A DNA stretch of 64,000 nucleotides from Escherichia coli (GCF_003018235.1 NZ_CP027437.1), one strand, 5' to 3'. Counted from the stretch's first letter, positions 1 to 15,028 are shown. Notes: a model not told the origin generated them from the sequence alone. Translations and numbers: made by a program.

Positions 1-324
<324 letters not shown>

Positions 325-1194
325 TTACCGCTTTCTCGAGTGTGCTTTCTGGTTGTCAAACCAGTGAAAATAACTGATCACGCCTTCGGCAATCGCTGTG
401 GCGATTTTCTGGCGAAATGCCGCCGTGCCTAACAGCCGCTCTTCTTCCGGATTGGTGATAAACGAGGTTTCCACCAGCACCGAAGGAACCGACGGCGATT
501 TCAACACCACAAACGCGGCTTGTTCGGTGTTGCGGCTGTGCAGTTTATGCACCGGCTTAATCTTTTTCAGAATATGCGAGCCGAGCGTCAGGCTGTTTTT
601 AATAGTATCGGTTTGCACCAGATCAAACAGCACTTGCTGCAATAGGTGATCCTTGTCAGTCGCCTTTTTACCGGCAACTTCATCGGCGCGGTTTTCGCGT
701 TCAGACAGGTATTTCGCCATTGCGCTACTTGCACCGCGGTTAGAGAGGGCAAATACCGAAGCACCGGCAGCTTTCGGGTTGGTAAAGCCGTCGGCATGAA
801 TTGACATAAACAGATCTGCGCCATGTTTATGGGCGATTTCAACGCGATCGTAAAGTGGGATAAACGTATCGCCAGAACGCGTTAAACGCGCATCAATCCC
901 ATGATTACGCAAAATGGAACGGACGTTTTTAGCAATCGCCAGCACCACATGTTTTTCTTTCGAACCGTTGCGTCCGATCGCTCCGGTATCAATCCCGCCG
1001 TGGCCTGGATCGAGAACAACGACACGTCTGCCGCCGCTTTTTTTTGCTTTCGGCTTGCTGTGTCCGTTGCTGGTTTTTAAAGGTTCGTCTTTGGCGATGG
1101 CTTGCGACATTCCTGACAACGTCAGGGCAGCCAAACCGGCTTTCAGCACCTGGCGGCGCGAAGTGAGTGTTTTTAGTGGTTTAAAAGTGCTCAT
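325..1194 (-). CDS. amiA: N-acetylmuramoyl-L-alanine amidase A (Tat signal, amidase_3 domain)
   Basis: 289-aa ORF; twin-arginine-like signal SRRQVLKAGLAAL; matches recalled AmiA; followed by hemF. Confidence 0.93.
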   Translation of the reverse strand: MSTFKPLKTLTSRRQVLKAGLAALTLSGMSQAIAKDEPLKTSNGHSKPKAKKSGGRRVVVLDPGHGGIDTGAIGRNGSKEKHVVLAIAKNVRSILRNHGIDARLTRSGDTFIPLYDRVEIAHKHGADLFMSIHADGFTNPKAAGASVFALSNRGASSAMAKYLSERENRADEVAGKKATDKDHLLQQVLFDLVQTDTIKNSLTLGSHILKKIKPVHKLHSRNTEQAAFVVLKSPSVPSVLVETSFITNPEEERLLGTAAFRQKIATAIAEGVISYFHWFDNQKAHSRKR

Positions 1195-1407
1195 ACGGCC
1201 TGAGTTGTAATAATAAAGTTCCAGATGTTATATCGTATCGCGTAATCCGTTACGACGGTTTGCTGTTGAGAATTGTTTTACTTTTCATTTCAATAGTTGA
1301 CAACTCCCCATTATGCCACTTTTTCAACCGATTTTCGTCAGATATTGGCTAATTCGACCGTTCACGCCATAATCAGCCTTTTAACCCGCAAAAAGGTAAC
1401 GAATACC

Positions 1408-1833
1408 ATGGAGATACGCGTATTTCGCCAGGAAGATTTCGAAGAGGTCATCACCCTTTGGGAGCGTTGCGACTTGCTGCGTCCGTGGAACGATCCGGAA
1501 ATGGACATCGAGCGTAAGATGAACCATGACGTCAGTTTGTTTCTGGTCGCTGAGGTAAACGGTGAAGTGGTCGGAACGGTGATGGGCGGTTATGACGGGC
1601 ATCGCGGGTCTGCTTATTATCTTGGTGTGCATCCAGAGTTTCGTGGGCGTGGGATTGCTAATGCGTTGCTTAATCGGTTGGAGAAAAAGCTGATTGCTCG
1701 CGGCTGCCCGAAAATTCACATCAACGTGCCGGAAGATAACGACATGGTGCTCGGAATGTATGAACGCCTGGGATATGAACACGCCGACGTGCTGAGTCTG
1801 GGTAAGCGTTTGATTGAAGATGAAGAGTACTGA
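1408..1833 (+). CDS. ypeA: GNAT family acetyltransferase
   Basis: ORF track 1297..1833; internal ATG at 1408 gives 141 aa starting [15 protein letters not shown]-12 length. Confidence 0.85.
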   Translation: MEIRVFRQEDFEEVITLWERCDLLRPWNDPEMDIERKMNHDVSLFLVAEVNGEVVGTVMGGYDGHRGSAYYLGVHPEFRGRGIANALLNRLEKKLIARGCPKIHINVPEDNDMVLGMYERLGYEHADVLSLGKRLIEDEEY

Positions 1834-2269
1834 GTTTCATCCTGTCCATTATGATGCGCACGGTCGCCTGCGTTTACCCTTGCTCTTCTGGCTTGTGCTA
1901 TTGCTTCAGGCGCGAACCTGGGTGCTGTTTGTCATTGCCGGTGCGTCGCGCGAGCAGGGTACTGCGCTGCTAAATCTGTTTTATCCCGATCACGATAATT
2001 TCTGGCTGGGGTTGATTCCCGGCATTCCGGCGGTGCTGGCGTTTTTGCTGAGTGGTCGGCGGGCTTCATTTCCCCGTATCTGGCATGTGCTCTATTTTCT
2101 GTTGCTGTTGGCGCAGGTGGTTTTACTTTGCTGGCAACCGTGGCTGTGGCTGAACGGTGAATCCGTTAGCGGTATCGGGCTGGCGCTGGTAGTGGCGGAT
2201 ATTGTGGCGTTAATCTGGCTGCTGACCAATCGACGTTTACGCGCTTGTTTTAATGAAGAAAAAGAATAA
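1820..2269 (+). CDS. yfeZ: inner membrane protein YfeZ
   Basis: ORF track 1814..2269; hydrophobic; ATG at 1820 gives 149 aa; overlaps ypeA 3' end. Confidence 0.8.
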   Translation: MKSTEFHPVHYDAHGRLRLPLLFWLVLLLQARTWVLFVIAGASREQGTALLNLFYPDHDNFWLGLIPGIPAVLAFLLSGRRASFPRIWHVLYFLLLLAQVVLLCWQPWLWLNGESVSGIGLALVVADIVALIWLLTNRRLRACFNEEKE

Positions 2270-2270
2270 C

Positions 2271-2298
2271 GGCACTTTTTGGTGAATTTGCACTCCAA
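2271..2298 (+). promoter_or_regulatory. candidate sigma-E (RpoE) promoter for yfeY: GGCACTT - 16 bp - TCCAA
   Basis: Motif read directly; close to GGAACTT-N16-TCnAA; yfeY is a recalled RpoE regulon member. Confidence 0.45.
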
Positions 2299-2329
2299 GC
2301 AACGTTATTGAATAACCAAAGGAAGTGAC

Positions 2330-2905
2330 ATGAAATCGCTGCGTTTAATGTTATGCGCTATGCCGTTGATGCTGTCCGGCTGTTCCACGATGTCGTCAGT
2401 TAACTGGTCTGCCGCTAACCCGTGGAACTGGTTTGGGTCGTCCACCAAAGTGAGCGAGCAGGGCGTTGGTGAATTAACGGCGTCCACACCACTGCAAGAA
2501 CAAGCCATTGCCGATGCGCTTGATGGCGATTATCGCCTGCGCAGCGGAATGAAAACCGCGAACGGCAACGTGGTGCGCTTTTTTGAAGTGATGAAAGGCG
2601 ACAACGTGGCGATGGTGATTAACGGCGATCAGGGTACGATCAGCCGCATTGATGTGCTGGATAGCGATATTCCTGCTGACACCGGTGTTAAAATCGGTAC
2701 ACCGTTTAGCGACCTTTACAGCAAAGCATTTGGCAATTGCCAAAAAGCTGATGGTGATGATAATCGTGCCGTCGAATGTAAAGCCGAAGGCAGTCAACAT
2801 ATTAGCTACCAGTTCAGCGGGGAATGGAGTGGTCCTGAAGGGTTAATGCCTTCAGACGATACCCTGAAAAACTGGAAAGTCAGTAAAATTATCTGGCGGC
2901 GTTAA
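2330..2905 (+). CDS. yfeY: RpoE-regulated lipoprotein YfeY
   Basis: 191-aa ORF with lipobox LSGC after signal peptide. Confidence 0.88.
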   Translation: MKSLRLMLCAMPLMLSGCSTMSSVNWSAANPWNWFGSSTKVSEQGVGELTASTPLQEQAIADALDGDYRLRSGMKTANGNVVRFFEVMKGDNVAMVINGDQGTISRIDVLDSDIPADTGVKIGTPFSDLYSKAFGNCQKADGDDNRAVECKAEGSQHISYQFSGEWSGPEGLMPSDDTLKNWKVSKIIWRR

Positions 2906-2916
2906 TTTGCGTCTGA

Positions 2917-3900
<984 letters not shown>

Positions 3901-3956
3901 GCGTTTCTGATTCATTGATTAAAGGCCAGGCAGTAACTTACTGACTGGCCTTTTTA

Positions 3957-5260
3957 TTACTTCTGCTTCAACGCCGCATACACCTGATCAACTACCCAAC
4001 CATAAGTTGCAATCGGTAGCTGACCGCTTTCGAACATATTGGGATTTTTTTGTGGATCGGCAACTGGCGAATGTGGCTTGTTGCTTAACATCACAATCGC
4101 CATATGATTCACCGGATCGATAACGGTCACCGTCCCGGTCCAGCCAGTGTGACCGTAGGTTTGCGGGCTTGCCAGCGTGCCAAACGTCGGCGTCATGGTG
4201 GCATTACCATTCACGCGCCAGCCAAGGCCAAAAGTGGCATCTTCCTTAGAGCTGGTGGTGAACATCTTCACCGTTTCCGCACTGAACAGCTGCACATCGC
4301 CATAGCCGCCGCCGTTCAGCATCGTTTGCATTAACACCGCAATATCGCCGGTATTGGAAAACAACCCTGCATGCCCGGAAACGCCGCCCATCGAATAAAA
4401 GGCTTTTTCATCGTGCACCTGACCCCAGAGAGTGGAGGTGCGGATATTCGGGAAATGGATCACGCCATCGCGGGTATTGCCGTTGAGTTCCGTGGCGGCA
4501 ATTTGTTGCGGTTTAAAGCCTTTCAGTAGCGGATTAAACACCGTGTGCGTCAGGCCGAGCGGGCGATAAATCGACTCTTCAACATAGCGGTCAAGTGGCT
4601 GACCGGTAACCGACTCGACGATAAATCCAAGCAGCATATAATCGACATCGCTGTAGATATGCTTGCTGCCGGGCTGATACTCCAGCGGCGTGCGCTTGAT
4701 CATCTCCAGCGTCTGGCCTTTATCCTGGGAATATAACGCGCCCGTGACCGCTTTATTCGGGTATTGCGGATCTGCCGGGAAACCGCCGCTGTGATGCAGC
4801 AGATCAGAAATCCGCAGCGTGTTTTTGCCTTTGATCGCATCGTTCGGGCTGTCGGCAAACCCTGGAATATATTTCGCAATCCGATCGTCAGGATGCAGTT
4901 TGCCTTCGCTCATCAGCTTTTGCAGCGCGAAGTTAGTGGCGTACATCTTGGTGTTTGAGGCCAGATCATACAGCGTCCCGGTGGTGGCTTTTACAGGCTG
5001 CGCCATTAACGCGCTGCCATCGTACTTTTTCGCCGCGCCCCAGGCTTTGCGATAAACAATCTGATTATCTTTTATAATCAGCAGGTTTACTCCCGGATAA
5101 CCGGCATCCACCTGCTGGCTAATCCAGCGATCTATCTGGTTAAGCCGTTCGACGTTGAACCCTGCTTTCTCTGGCGAACTTTCTGTCAGAGCAGGGAATT
5201 TTGCGGCGCTGACGCTACAGCTAACAGCCAGCAGAGAAAGATAGAGCATTGTCCGTTTCA
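3957..5260 (-). CDS. yfeW: penicillin-binding protein 4B (class C beta-lactamase fold, SxxK)
   Basis: ORF track 3957..5348; start at 5260 (MKRTMLYLSLL signal peptide) gives 434 aa; 5 bp downstream of murP stop. Confidence 0.88.
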
Positions 5261-5265
5261 TGATA

Positions 5266-6690
<1,425 letters not shown>

Positions 6691-6693
6691 GGG

Positions 6694-7590
6694 TTATTCC
6701 TTTTCCAGAGCTTTGCGAATAAAGCCGCCGTGTTGATCCAGGCGTTTTTTAGCTTCTGCGGCATCGAGATTTTTCAGCACCATCACAATAGCCGTTTTAC
6801 AGTGGCGGTCGCAGGCAACCAATGCCGCTTCCGCTTGCTCAGCGCTACATCCGGTGGCGTTTTTGACGATATTGACCTGGCGTACATGCAGTTTTTCATT
6901 GGTGGCGACCACATCGACCATCAGGTTGCCGAACACTTTGCCGGATTTAATCATCAGCCCGGTGGAGAGCATATTGAGCACCAGTTTCTGCGCCGTACCT
7001 GCTTTCATTCGCGAAGAACCTGTGACCACTTCGGCCCCAACAACTGGCGTAATGGCAAACTCAGCGGTGGTTGAAACGGCGCTCCCGGGATTACAGGAAA
7101 TTCCCACTGTGCGGCAGCCGAGCTGGCGTGCGTATTCCAGTCCGGCAATTACATACGGCGTGCGACCACTGGCCGCAATGCCAACCACCACATCCTGCGC
7201 GGTTAAGCCGATGTTTTTCAGATCGTTAACACCACCTTCCCGGCTATCTTCAGCGCCTTCCACCGCGTGCTGAATGGCATATTCGCCTCCAGCAATCAAA
7301 CCAACCACCAGACCCGGTTTAACGCCGTAGGTGGGCGGACATTCGCTGGCATCCAGAATCCCCAGACGACCAGAAGTCCCCGCACCGATGTAAATCAGAC
7401 GGCCGCCGCCGCTCACCTGGGCGTGAATAACATCGATCGCCGCTGCAATATCCGGCAGTACGCGCTCAACGGCGAGTGGTACGGTTTTATCTTCATCGTT
7501 GATAATCCGGCACATTTCCAGCGTCGAAACGCGGTCAATTTCAGCCGAGGCGGCGTTCGAGCCTTCGGTAATCATCTTTTCAAGTTGCAT
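6694..7590 (-). CDS. murQ: N-acetylmuramic acid 6-phosphate etherase (SIS domain)
   Basis: 298-aa ORF; matches MurQ. Confidence 0.93.
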   Translation of the reverse strand: MQLEKMITEGSNAASAEIDRVSTLEMCRIINDEDKTVPLAVERVLPDIAAAIDVIHAQVSGGGRLIYIGAGTSGRLGILDASECPPTYGVKPGLVVGLIAGGEYAIQHAVEGAEDSREGGVNDLKNIGLTAQDVVVGIAASGRTPYVIAGLEYARQLGCRTVGISCNPGSAVSTTAEFAITPVVGAEVVTGSSRMKAGTAQKLVLNMLSTGLMIKSGKVFGNLMVDVVATNEKLHVRQVNIVKNATGCSAEQAEAALVACDRHCKTAIVMVLKNLDAAEAKKRLDQHGGFIRKALEKE

Positions 7591-7761
7591 CGGTGGTGAC
7601 CTTACTATTTACGATCAAATAATTGCATATTGATGGAATCATATATCTCAATTTGCTAGTTTTAAAGGAATCATTGAGTCTGAAATCACAGAGTGTGAAG
7701 AGCGTCAAAGGGCAAAATCCGTGTGCTATGCTGCGCGCAGGATGTGGTGAGGGAGTGGAAG

Positions 7762-8619
7762 ATGTTGTACCTGACAAAATTACGCAATGCAGAAAGTGAC
7801 TTTACTGAAAATGAGCAAAAGATAGCCGACTTTCTGCAAGCCAGGGCGAGCGAACTGAAATCCGTTTCTTCACGAAATATGGCGAAACAGCTCGGTATTA
7901 GCCAGTCGAGTATTGTGAAGTTCGCTCAGAAACTCGGCGCGCAAGGGTTTACTGAATTGCGTATGGCGTTAATTGGCGAATACAGTGCCAGCCGGGAGAA
8001 AACGAATGCCACGGCGCTGCACCTGCACAGTTCGATTACCAGTGATGATTCGCTGGAAGTGATTGCCCGCAAACTGAATCGCGAAAAAGAGCTGGCGCTG
8101 GAGCAAACCTGTGCGTTGTTCGACTACGCGCGGCTGCAAAAAATCATTGAGGTCATCAGTAAAGCACCGTTTATCCAGATAACGGGCCTGGGTGGGTCGG
8201 CGCTGGTGGGGCGCGATCTTTCATTCAAACTGATGAAAATTGGTTATCGTGTTGCCTGTGAAGCTGACACGCATGTACAAGCCACCGTTTCCCAGGCGCT
8301 GAAAAAAGGCGATGTACAAATCGCTATCTCTTACAGCGGCAGTAAAAAAGAGATTGTCTTGTGCGCCGAGGCAGCGCGAAAGCAGGGGGCAACGGTGATT
8401 GCCATTACCTCATTAACCGATTCCCCGCTGCGGCGGCTGGCGCATTACACCCTCGATACCGTTTCTGGCGAAACCGAATGGCGCAGCTCGTCGATGTCCA
8501 CCCGCACGGCGCAAAATTCTGTTACCGATTTACTGTTTGTTGGCCTTGTGCAACTCAATGATGTGGAGTCATTGAAAATGATTGAGCGCAGCAGTGAGCT
8601 AACGCAACGCCTGAAATGA
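7762..8619 (+). CDS. murR: RpiR-family transcriptional repressor of murQP (HTH + SIS)
   Basis: ORF track 7723..8619; ATG at 7762 gives 285 aa starting MLYLTKLRN; divergent from murQ. Confidence 0.9.
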   Translation: MLYLTKLRNAESDFTENEQKIADFLQARASELKSVSSRNMAKQLGISQSSIVKFAQKLGAQGFTELRMALIGEYSASREKTNATALHLHSSITSDDSLEVIARKLNREKELALEQTCALFDYARLQKIIEVISKAPFIQITGLGGSALVGRDLSFKLMKIGYRVACEADTHVQATVSQALKKGDVQIAISYSGSKKEIVLCAEAARKQGATVIAITSLTDSPLRRLAHYTLDTVSGETEWRSSSMSTRTAQNSVTDLLFVGLVQLNDVESLKMIERSSELTQRLK

Positions 8620-8747
8620 TGCATAAAGCAGCGACTGGATTGAGATTTTCCTGAATTAGTGAGCTGATCCGCAGCAATATTTTGTTTATCCTGTATTTTC
8701 AGAGGGAATGGAGTGTAACGCTCTGTATTAACAAGGAGAGCATTAAA

Positions 8748-9539
8748 ATGGGTAAACTCACGGGCAAGACAGCACTGATTACGGGCGCATTGCAGGGAAT
8801 TGGCGAAGGAATTGCCAGAACTTTTGCGCGTCATGGCGCAAACCTAATCTTGCTGGATATCTCCCCTGAGATCGAAAAGCTGGCGGACGAACTGTGTGGT
8901 CGTGGTCATCGCTGTACGGCGGTTGTCGCCGATGTGCGTGACCCGGCGTCGGTCGCCGCAGCTATCAAGCGCGCGAAGGAAAAAGAAGGGCGCATTGATA
9001 TCCTGGTGAATAACGCAGGCGTTTGTCGTCTGGGCAGTTTCCTCGATATGAGCGATGAAGATCGCGATTTCCATATTGATATCAATATTAAAGGTGTATG
9101 GAACGTCACGAAGGCGGTGCTGCCGGAGATGATTGCCCGCAAAGATGGTCGCATTGTGATGATGTCTTCAGTCACTGGCGATATGGTGGCCGATCCGGGT
9201 GAAACGGCGTATGCCTTAACGAAAGCGGCGATTGTTGGCCTGACTAAATCGCTGGCGGTGGAGTACGCGCAGTCTGGTATTCGCGTTAACGCCATCTGCC
9301 CGGGATACGTTCGCACGCCAATGGCGGAAAGCATTGCCCGCCAGTCGAACCCGGAAGATCCAGAATCGGTGCTGACTGAAATGGCAAAAGCAATCCCGAT
9401 GCGTCGCCTCGCCGATCCGCTGGAAGTCGGCGAACTGGCAGCCTTCCTCGCATCGGATGAATCAAGTTATTTAACCGGTACACAGAATGTGATTGATGGC
9501 GGCAGCACACTGCCGGAGACGGTTAGCGTCGGCATCTGA
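8748..9539 (+). CDS. ucpA: short-chain dehydrogenase/reductase (GxxxGxG NAD(P) motif TGALQGIG)
   Basis: ORF track 8682..9539; ATG at 8748 gives 263 aa starting MGKLTGKTALITG. Confidence 0.9.
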   Translation: MGKLTGKTALITGALQGIGEGIARTFARHGANLILLDISPEIEKLADELCGRGHRCTAVVADVRDPASVAAAIKRAKEKEGRIDILVNNAGVCRLGSFLDMSDEDRDFHIDINIKGVWNVTKAVLPEMIARKDGRIVMMSSVTGDMVADPGETAYALTKAAIVGLTKSLAVEYAQSGIRVNAICPGYVRTPMAESIARQSNPEDPESVLTEMAKAIPMRRLADPLEVGELAAFLASDESSYLTGTQNVIDGGSTLPETVSVGI

Positions 9540-9709
9540 TTCACCTCTGTTTCCTCCCTGCATTTGTGGGGAGGATTTCGTCTTGAACCCGGTTCTTATT
9601 CCCTTTTCAACTTCCAAATCACCAAACGGTATATAAAACCGTTACTCCTTTCACGTCCGTTATAAATATGATGGCTATTAGAAAGTCATTAAATTTATAA
9701 GGGTGCGCA

Positions 9710-10726
9710 ATGGCCGTTAACTTACTGAAAAAGAACTCACTCGCGCTGGTCGCTTCTCTGCTGCTGGCGGGCCATGTACAGGCAACGGAACTGCTGAACA
9801 GTTCTTATGACGTCTCCCGCGAGCTGTTTGCCGCCCTGAATCCGCCGTTTGAGCAACAATGGGCAAAAGATAACGGCGGCGACAAACTGACGATAAAACA
9901 ATCTCATGCCGGGTCATCAAAACAGGCGCTGGCGATTTTACAGGGCTTAAAAGCAGACGTTGTCACTTATAACCAGGTGACTGACGTACAAATCCTGCAT
10001 GACAAAGGCAAGCTGATCCCGGCCGACTGGCAGTCGCGCCTGCCGAATAACAGCTCGCCGTTCTACTCCACCATGGGCTTCCTGGTGCGTAAGGGTAACC
10101 CGAAGAATATCCACGACTGGAATGATCTGGTGCGCTCCGACGTAAAGCTGATTTTCCCGAACCCGAAAACGTCGGGTAACGCACGTTACACCTATCTGGC
10201 GGCATGGGGTGCAGCGGATAAAGCTGACGGTGGCGACAAAGCCAAAACCGAACAGTTTATGACTCAGTTCCTGAAAAACGTTGAAGTGTTCGATACTGGC
10301 GGTCGTGGCGCGACCACCACCTTTGCCGAGCGCGGGCTGGGCGATGTGCTGATTAGCTTCGAATCGGAAGTGAACAACATTCGCAAACAGTATGAAGCGC
10401 AAGGCTTTGAAGTGGTGATTCCGAAAACCAATATTCTGGCGGAATTCCCGGTGGCGTGGGTCGATAAAAACGTGCAGGCCAACGGTACGGAAAAAGCAGC
10501 AAAAGCTTACCTGAACTGGCTCTACAGCCCGCAGGCGCAAACCATCATCACCGACTATTACTACCGCGTAAATAACCCGGAAGTCATGGACAAACTGAAA
10601 GACAAATTCCCGCAGACCGAACTGTTCCGCGTGGAAGACAAATTTGGCTCCTGGCCGGAAGTGATGAAAACCCACTTCACCAGCGGCGGCGAGTTAGACA
10701 AGCTGTTAGCGGCGGGGCGTAATTAA
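9710..10726 (+). CDS. cysP: thiosulfate/sulfate-binding periplasmic protein
   Basis: 338-aa ORF with signal peptide; first gene of cysPUWAM. Confidence 0.95.
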   Translation: MAVNLLKKNSLALVASLLLAGHVQATELLNSSYDVSRELFAALNPPFEQQWAKDNGGDKLTIKQSHAGSSKQALAILQGLKADVVTYNQVTDVQILHDKGKLIPADWQSRLPNNSSPFYSTMGFLVRKGNPKNIHDWNDLVRSDVKLIFPNPKTSGNARYTYLAAWGAADKADGGDKAKTEQFMTQFLKNVEVFDTGGRGATTTFAERGLGDVLISFESEVNNIRKQYEAQGFEVVIPKTNILAEFPVAWVDKNVQANGTEKAAKAYLNWLYSPQAQTIITDYYYRVNNPEVMDKLKDKFPQTELFRVEDKFGSWPEVMKTHFTSGGELDKLLAAGRN

Positions 10727-11559
10727 TGTTTGCAGTTTCATCAAGACGCGTGCTGCCGGGCTTTACCTTAAGCCTCGGCACCAGTCTGCTGTTTGTGTGC
10801 CTGATTTTGCTGCTGCCGCTCTCCGCGCTGGTGATGCAGCTGGCTCAGATGAGCTGGGCGCAGTACTGGGAGGTGATCACCAACCCGCAGGTGGTCGCGG
10901 CCTACAAAGTGACGCTGCTGTCGGCGTTTGTGGCATCAATTTTTAACGGCGTTTTCGGCCTGCTGATGGCGTGGATCTTAACTCGCTATCGCTTTCCGGG
11001 CCGCACGCTGCTTGATGCGCTGATGGATTTACCCTTTGCGCTGCCAACGGCGGTCGCAGGTTTGACGCTGGCCTCGCTCTTTTCAGTGAACGGTTTTTAC
11101 GGTGAATGGCTGGCGAAGTTTGATATCAAAGTTACCTATACCTGGCTGGGGATTGCGGTGGCGATGGCCTTTACCAGCATTCCGTTTGTGGTGCGTACCG
11201 TGCAACCGGTGCTGGAAGAGTTAGGCCCGGAATATGAAGAAGCGGCAGAAACGCTCGGCGCAACGCGCTGGCAGAGTTTCTGCAAAGTGGTGCTGCCAGA
11301 ACTTTCTCCGGCGCTGGTGGCGGGCGTGGCGCTGTCGTTTACCCGTAGTCTTGGTGAATTTGGCGCGGTGATTTTCATCGCCGGGAACATTGCCTGGAAG
11401 ACGGAAGTGACGTCGCTGATGATTTTTGTTCGCTTACAGGAGTTTGATTACCCGGCGGCGAGCGCGATTGCTTCGGTGATCCTCGCGGCATCCCTGCTGC
11501 TGTTGTTCTCAATTAACACTCTGCAAAGTCGCTTTGGTCGGCGTGTGGTAGGTCATTAA
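10726..11559 (+). CDS. cysU: sulfate/thiosulfate ABC transporter permease
   Basis: 277-aa ORF; start overlaps cysP stop. Confidence 0.95.
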   Translation: MFAVSSRRVLPGFTLSLGTSLLFVCLILLLPLSALVMQLAQMSWAQYWEVITNPQVVAAYKVTLLSAFVASIFNGVFGLLMAWILTRYRFPGRTLLDALMDLPFALPTAVAGLTLASLFSVNGFYGEWLAKFDIKVTYTWLGIAVAMAFTSIPFVVRTVQPVLEELGPEYEEAAETLGATRWQSFCKVVLPELSPALVAGVALSFTRSLGEFGAVIFIAGNIAWKTEVTSLMIFVRLQEFDYPAASAIASVILAASLLLLFSINTLQSRFGRRVVGH

Positions 11560-12434
11560 TGACGGAAGTTACCCAATTGAAGCGTTATGGCGCGCGCCCG
11601 ATTAACTGGGGCAAGTGGTTTCTGATTGGTATCGGGATGCTGGTTTCGGCGTTCATCCTGCTGGTGCCGATGATTTACATCTTCGTGCAGGCGTTCAGCA
11701 AAGGGCTGATGCCAGTTTTACAGAATCTGGCCGATCCAGACATGCTGCACGCCATCTGGCTGACGGTAATGATTGCGTTGATTGCCGTACCGGTAAACCT
11801 GGTGTTCGGTATTCTGCTGGCGTGGCTGGTGACGCGCTTTAACTTCCCCGGACGCCAGTTACTGCTGACGCTACTGGACATTCCGTTTGCCGTATCGCCG
11901 GTGGTTGCCGGTCTGGTGTATCTGCTGTTTTACGGCTCTAACGGCCCGCTCGGTGGCTGGCTGGATGAACATAATCTGCAAATTATGTTCTCCTGGCCGG
12001 GAATGGTGCTGGTCACCATCTTCGTGACGTGTCCGTTTGTGGTGCGTGAGCTGGTGCCGGTGATGTTAAGCCAGGGCAGCCAGGAAGACGAAGCGGCAAT
12101 TTTGCTTGGCGCGTCTGGCTGGCAGATGTTTCGCCGCGTCACGCTGCCGAACATCCGCTGGGCGCTGCTTTATGGCGTGGTGCTGACCAACGCCCGCGCG
12201 ATTGGCGAGTTTGGTGCGGTGTCGGTGGTTTCCGGCTCGATTCGCGGCGAAACACTTTCGCTGCCGTTACAGATTGAATTGCTGGAGCAGGACTACAACA
12301 CCGTCGGCTCCTTTACCGCTGCCGCGTTGTTGACGCTGATGGCGATTATCACCCTGTTTTTAAAGAGTATGTTGCAGTGGCGTCTGGAGAATCAGGAAAA
12401 ACGCGCGCAGCAGGAGGAACATCATGAGCATTGA
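11559..12434 (+). CDS. cysW: sulfate/thiosulfate ABC transporter permease
   Basis: 291-aa ORF; start overlaps cysU stop. Confidence 0.95.
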   Translation: MTEVTQLKRYGARPINWGKWFLIGIGMLVSAFILLVPMIYIFVQAFSKGLMPVLQNLADPDMLHAIWLTVMIALIAVPVNLVFGILLAWLVTRFNFPGRQLLLTLLDIPFAVSPVVAGLVYLLFYGSNGPLGGWLDEHNLQIMFSWPGMVLVTIFVTCPFVVRELVPVMLSQGSQEDEAAILLGASGWQMFRRVTLPNIRWALLYGVVLTNARAIGEFGAVSVVSGSIRGETLSLPLQIELLEQDYNTVGSFTAAALLTLMAIITLFLKSMLQWRLENQEKRAQQEEHHEH

Positions 12435-13521
12435 GATTGCCAATATTAAGAAGTCTTTTGGTCGCACCCAGGTGCTGAACGATATCTCACTGGATATTCC
12501 TTCTGGTCAGATGGTCGCATTGCTGGGGCCGTCTGGTTCCGGGAAAACCACGCTGCTGCGGATTATCGCCGGGCTGGAGCATCAAACCAGCGGGCATATT
12601 CGCTTCCACGGCACCGACGTCAGCCGCCTGCATGCGCGCGATCGTAAAGTTGGTTTCGTGTTCCAGCACTATGCGCTGTTCCGCCATATGACGGTGTTCG
12701 ACAATATCGCTTTCGGCCTGACGGTGCTGCCGCGTCGCGAGCGCCCGAATGCCGCAGCCATCAAAGCGAAAGTGACAAACTTGCTGGAGATGGTGCAGCT
12801 TGCGCATCTGGCGGATCGTTATCCGGCACAGCTTTCCGGCGGGCAGAAACAGCGCGTGGCGCTGGCGCGTGCGCTGGCTGTAGAACCGCAAATTCTGCTG
12901 CTTGATGAACCGTTTGGCGCGCTGGATGCGCAGGTGCGTAAAGAGCTGCGTCGCTGGTTGCGTCAACTGCATGAAGAACTGAAATTTACCAGCGTATTCG
13001 TGACCCATGACCAGGAAGAAGCGACCGAAGTAGCCGATCGTGTAGTGGTGATGAGCCAGGGCAATATCGAGCAGGCTGATGCGCCGGATCAGGTATGGCG
13101 CGAACCAGCGACCCGCTTTGTGCTCGAATTTATGGGCGAAGTGAACCGCCTGCAGGGAACCATTCGCGGCGGGCAGTTCCATGTTGGCGCACATCGCTGG
13201 CCGCTGGGCTATACACCTGCGTATCAGGGGCCGGTGGATCTCTTCCTTCGTCCGTGGGAAGTGGATATCAGCCGCCGTACCAGCCTCGATTCGCCGCTGC
13301 CGGTACAGGTACTGGAAGCCAGCCCGAAAGGCCACTACACCCAATTAGTCGTGCAGCCGCTGGGGTGGTACAACGAAGCGCTGACGGTCGTGATGCACGG
13401 CGACGACGCCCCGCAACGTGGCGAGCGTTTATTCGTTGGTCTGCAACATGCGCGGCTGTATAACGGCGACGAGCGTATTGAAACCCGCGATGAGGAACTT
13501 GCTCTCGCACAAAGCGCCTGA
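12424..13521 (+). CDS. cysA: sulfate/thiosulfate ABC transporter ATP-binding protein (Walker [10 protein letters not shown])
   Basis: 365-aa ORF; overlaps cysW by 11 nt. Confidence 0.95.
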   Translation: MSIEIANIKKSFGRTQVLNDISLDIPSGQMVALLGPSGSGKTTLLRIIAGLEHQTSGHIRFHGTDVSRLHARDRKVGFVFQHYALFRHMTVFDNIAFGLTVLPRRERPNAAAIKAKVTNLLEMVQLAHLADRYPAQLSGGQKQRVALARALAVEPQILLLDEPFGALDAQVRKELRRWLRQLHEELKFTSVFVTHDQEEATEVADRVVVMSQGNIEQADAPDQVWREPATRFVLEFMGEVNRLQGTIRGGQFHVGAHRWPLGYTPAYQGPVDLFLRPWEVDISRRTSLDSPLPVQVLEASPKGHYTQLVVQPLGWYNEALTVVMHGDDAPQRGERLFVGLQHARLYNGDERIETRDEELALAQSA

Positions 13522-13595
13522 TAGGTTGAGTGAATGTTAAACGCCCGGAGGCGCTTCCCGCGATCCGGGCTTTTTAATGGCAAGGTTTGTAACCT

Positions 13596-13632
13596 GTAGG
13601 CCTGATAAGACGCGCAAGCGTCGCATCAGGCA
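13596..13632. repeat. REP (repetitive extragenic palindromic) element
   Basis: GTAGGCCTGATAAGACGCGCAAGCGTCGCATCAGGCA imperfect palindrome between cysA and cysM. Confidence 0.7.
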
Positions 13633-13654
13633 ACACCACGTATGGACAGAGATC

Positions 13655-14566
13655 GTGAGTACATTAGAACAAACAATTGGCAATACGCCTCTGGTGAAGT
13701 TGCAGCGAATGGGGCCGGATAACGGCAGTGAAGTGTGGTTAAAACTGGAAGGCAATAACCCGGCAGGTTCGGTGAAAGATCGTGCGGCGCTTTCGATGAT
13801 CGTCGAGGCGGAAAAGCGCGGGGAAATTAAACCGGGTGACGTGCTGATCGAAGCCACCAGTGGTAACACCGGCATTGCGCTGGCAATGATTGCCGCGCTT
13901 AAAGGCTATCGCATGAAATTGCTGATGCCCGACAACATGAGCCAGGAACGTCGTGCGGCGATGCTGGCATACGGTGCGGAACTGATTCTTGTCACCAAAG
14001 AGCAGGGCATGGAAGGTGCGCGCGATCTGGCGCTGGAGATGGCGAATCGTGGTGAAGGAAAGCTGCTCGATCAGTTCAATAATCCCGATAACCCTTACGC
14101 CCATTACACCACTACCGGGCCGGAAATCTGGCAGCAAACTGGCGGGCGCATTACCCATTTTGTCTCCAGCATGGGAACAACCGGCACCATCACCGGCGTG
14201 TCACGCTTTATGCGCGAACAATCCAAACCGGTGACCATTGTCGGCCTGCAACCGGAAGAGGGCAGCAGCATTCCCGGCATTCGCCGCTGGCCTGCGGAAT
14301 ATCTGCCGGGGATTTTCAACGCTTCGCTGGTGGATGAGGTGCTGGATATTCATCAGCGCGATGCAGAAAACACCATGCGCGAACTGGCAGTGCGGGAAGG
14401 AATATTCTGTGGCGTCAGCTCCGGCGGCGCGGTTGCCGGAGCACTGCGCGTGGCAAAAGCTAACCCCGGCGCGGTGGTTGTGGCGATCATCTGCGATCGC
14501 GGCGATCGCTACCTCTCCACCGGCGTGTTTGGGGAAGAACACTTTAGCCAGGGGGCGGGGATTTAA
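13655..14566 (+). CDS. cysM: cysteine synthase B (O-acetylserine sulfhydrylase B)
   Basis: ORF track 13577..14566; GTG at 13655 gives 303 aa starting (M)STLEQTIGNTPLVKL; upstream extension runs through the REP so is spurious. Confidence 0.92.
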   Translation: MSTLEQTIGNTPLVKLQRMGPDNGSEVWLKLEGNNPAGSVKDRAALSMIVEAEKRGEIKPGDVLIEATSGNTGIALAMIAALKGYRMKLLMPDNMSQERRAAMLAYGAELILVTKEQGMEGARDLALEMANRGEGKLLDQFNNPDNPYAHYTTTGPEIWQQTGGRITHFVSSMGTTGTITGVSRFMREQSKPVTIVGLQPEEGSSIPGIRRWPAEYLPGIFNASLVDEVLDIHQRDAENTMRELAVREGIFCGVSSGGAVAGALRVAKANPGAVVVAIICDRGDRYLSTGVFGEEHFSQGAGI

Positions 14567-14568
14567 GA

Positions 14569-15028
<460 letters not shown>

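Noticed and set aside
1297-1407. N-terminal extensions offered by the ORF track for ypeA, murR, ucpA, cysM, zipA, fryB, lpxP, pdeA and nupC
   Set aside because: In each case an internal start gives the recalled protein length and N-terminus and removes overlap with promoters, REPs or neighbouring genes.
9947-10675. 242-aa minus-strand ORF inside cysP
   Set aside because: Antisense shadow ORF; cysP has a signal peptide and operon context.
12487-13344. 285-aa minus-strand ORF inside cysA
   Set aside because: Antisense to the ABC ATPase with its Walker motifs; no independent support.
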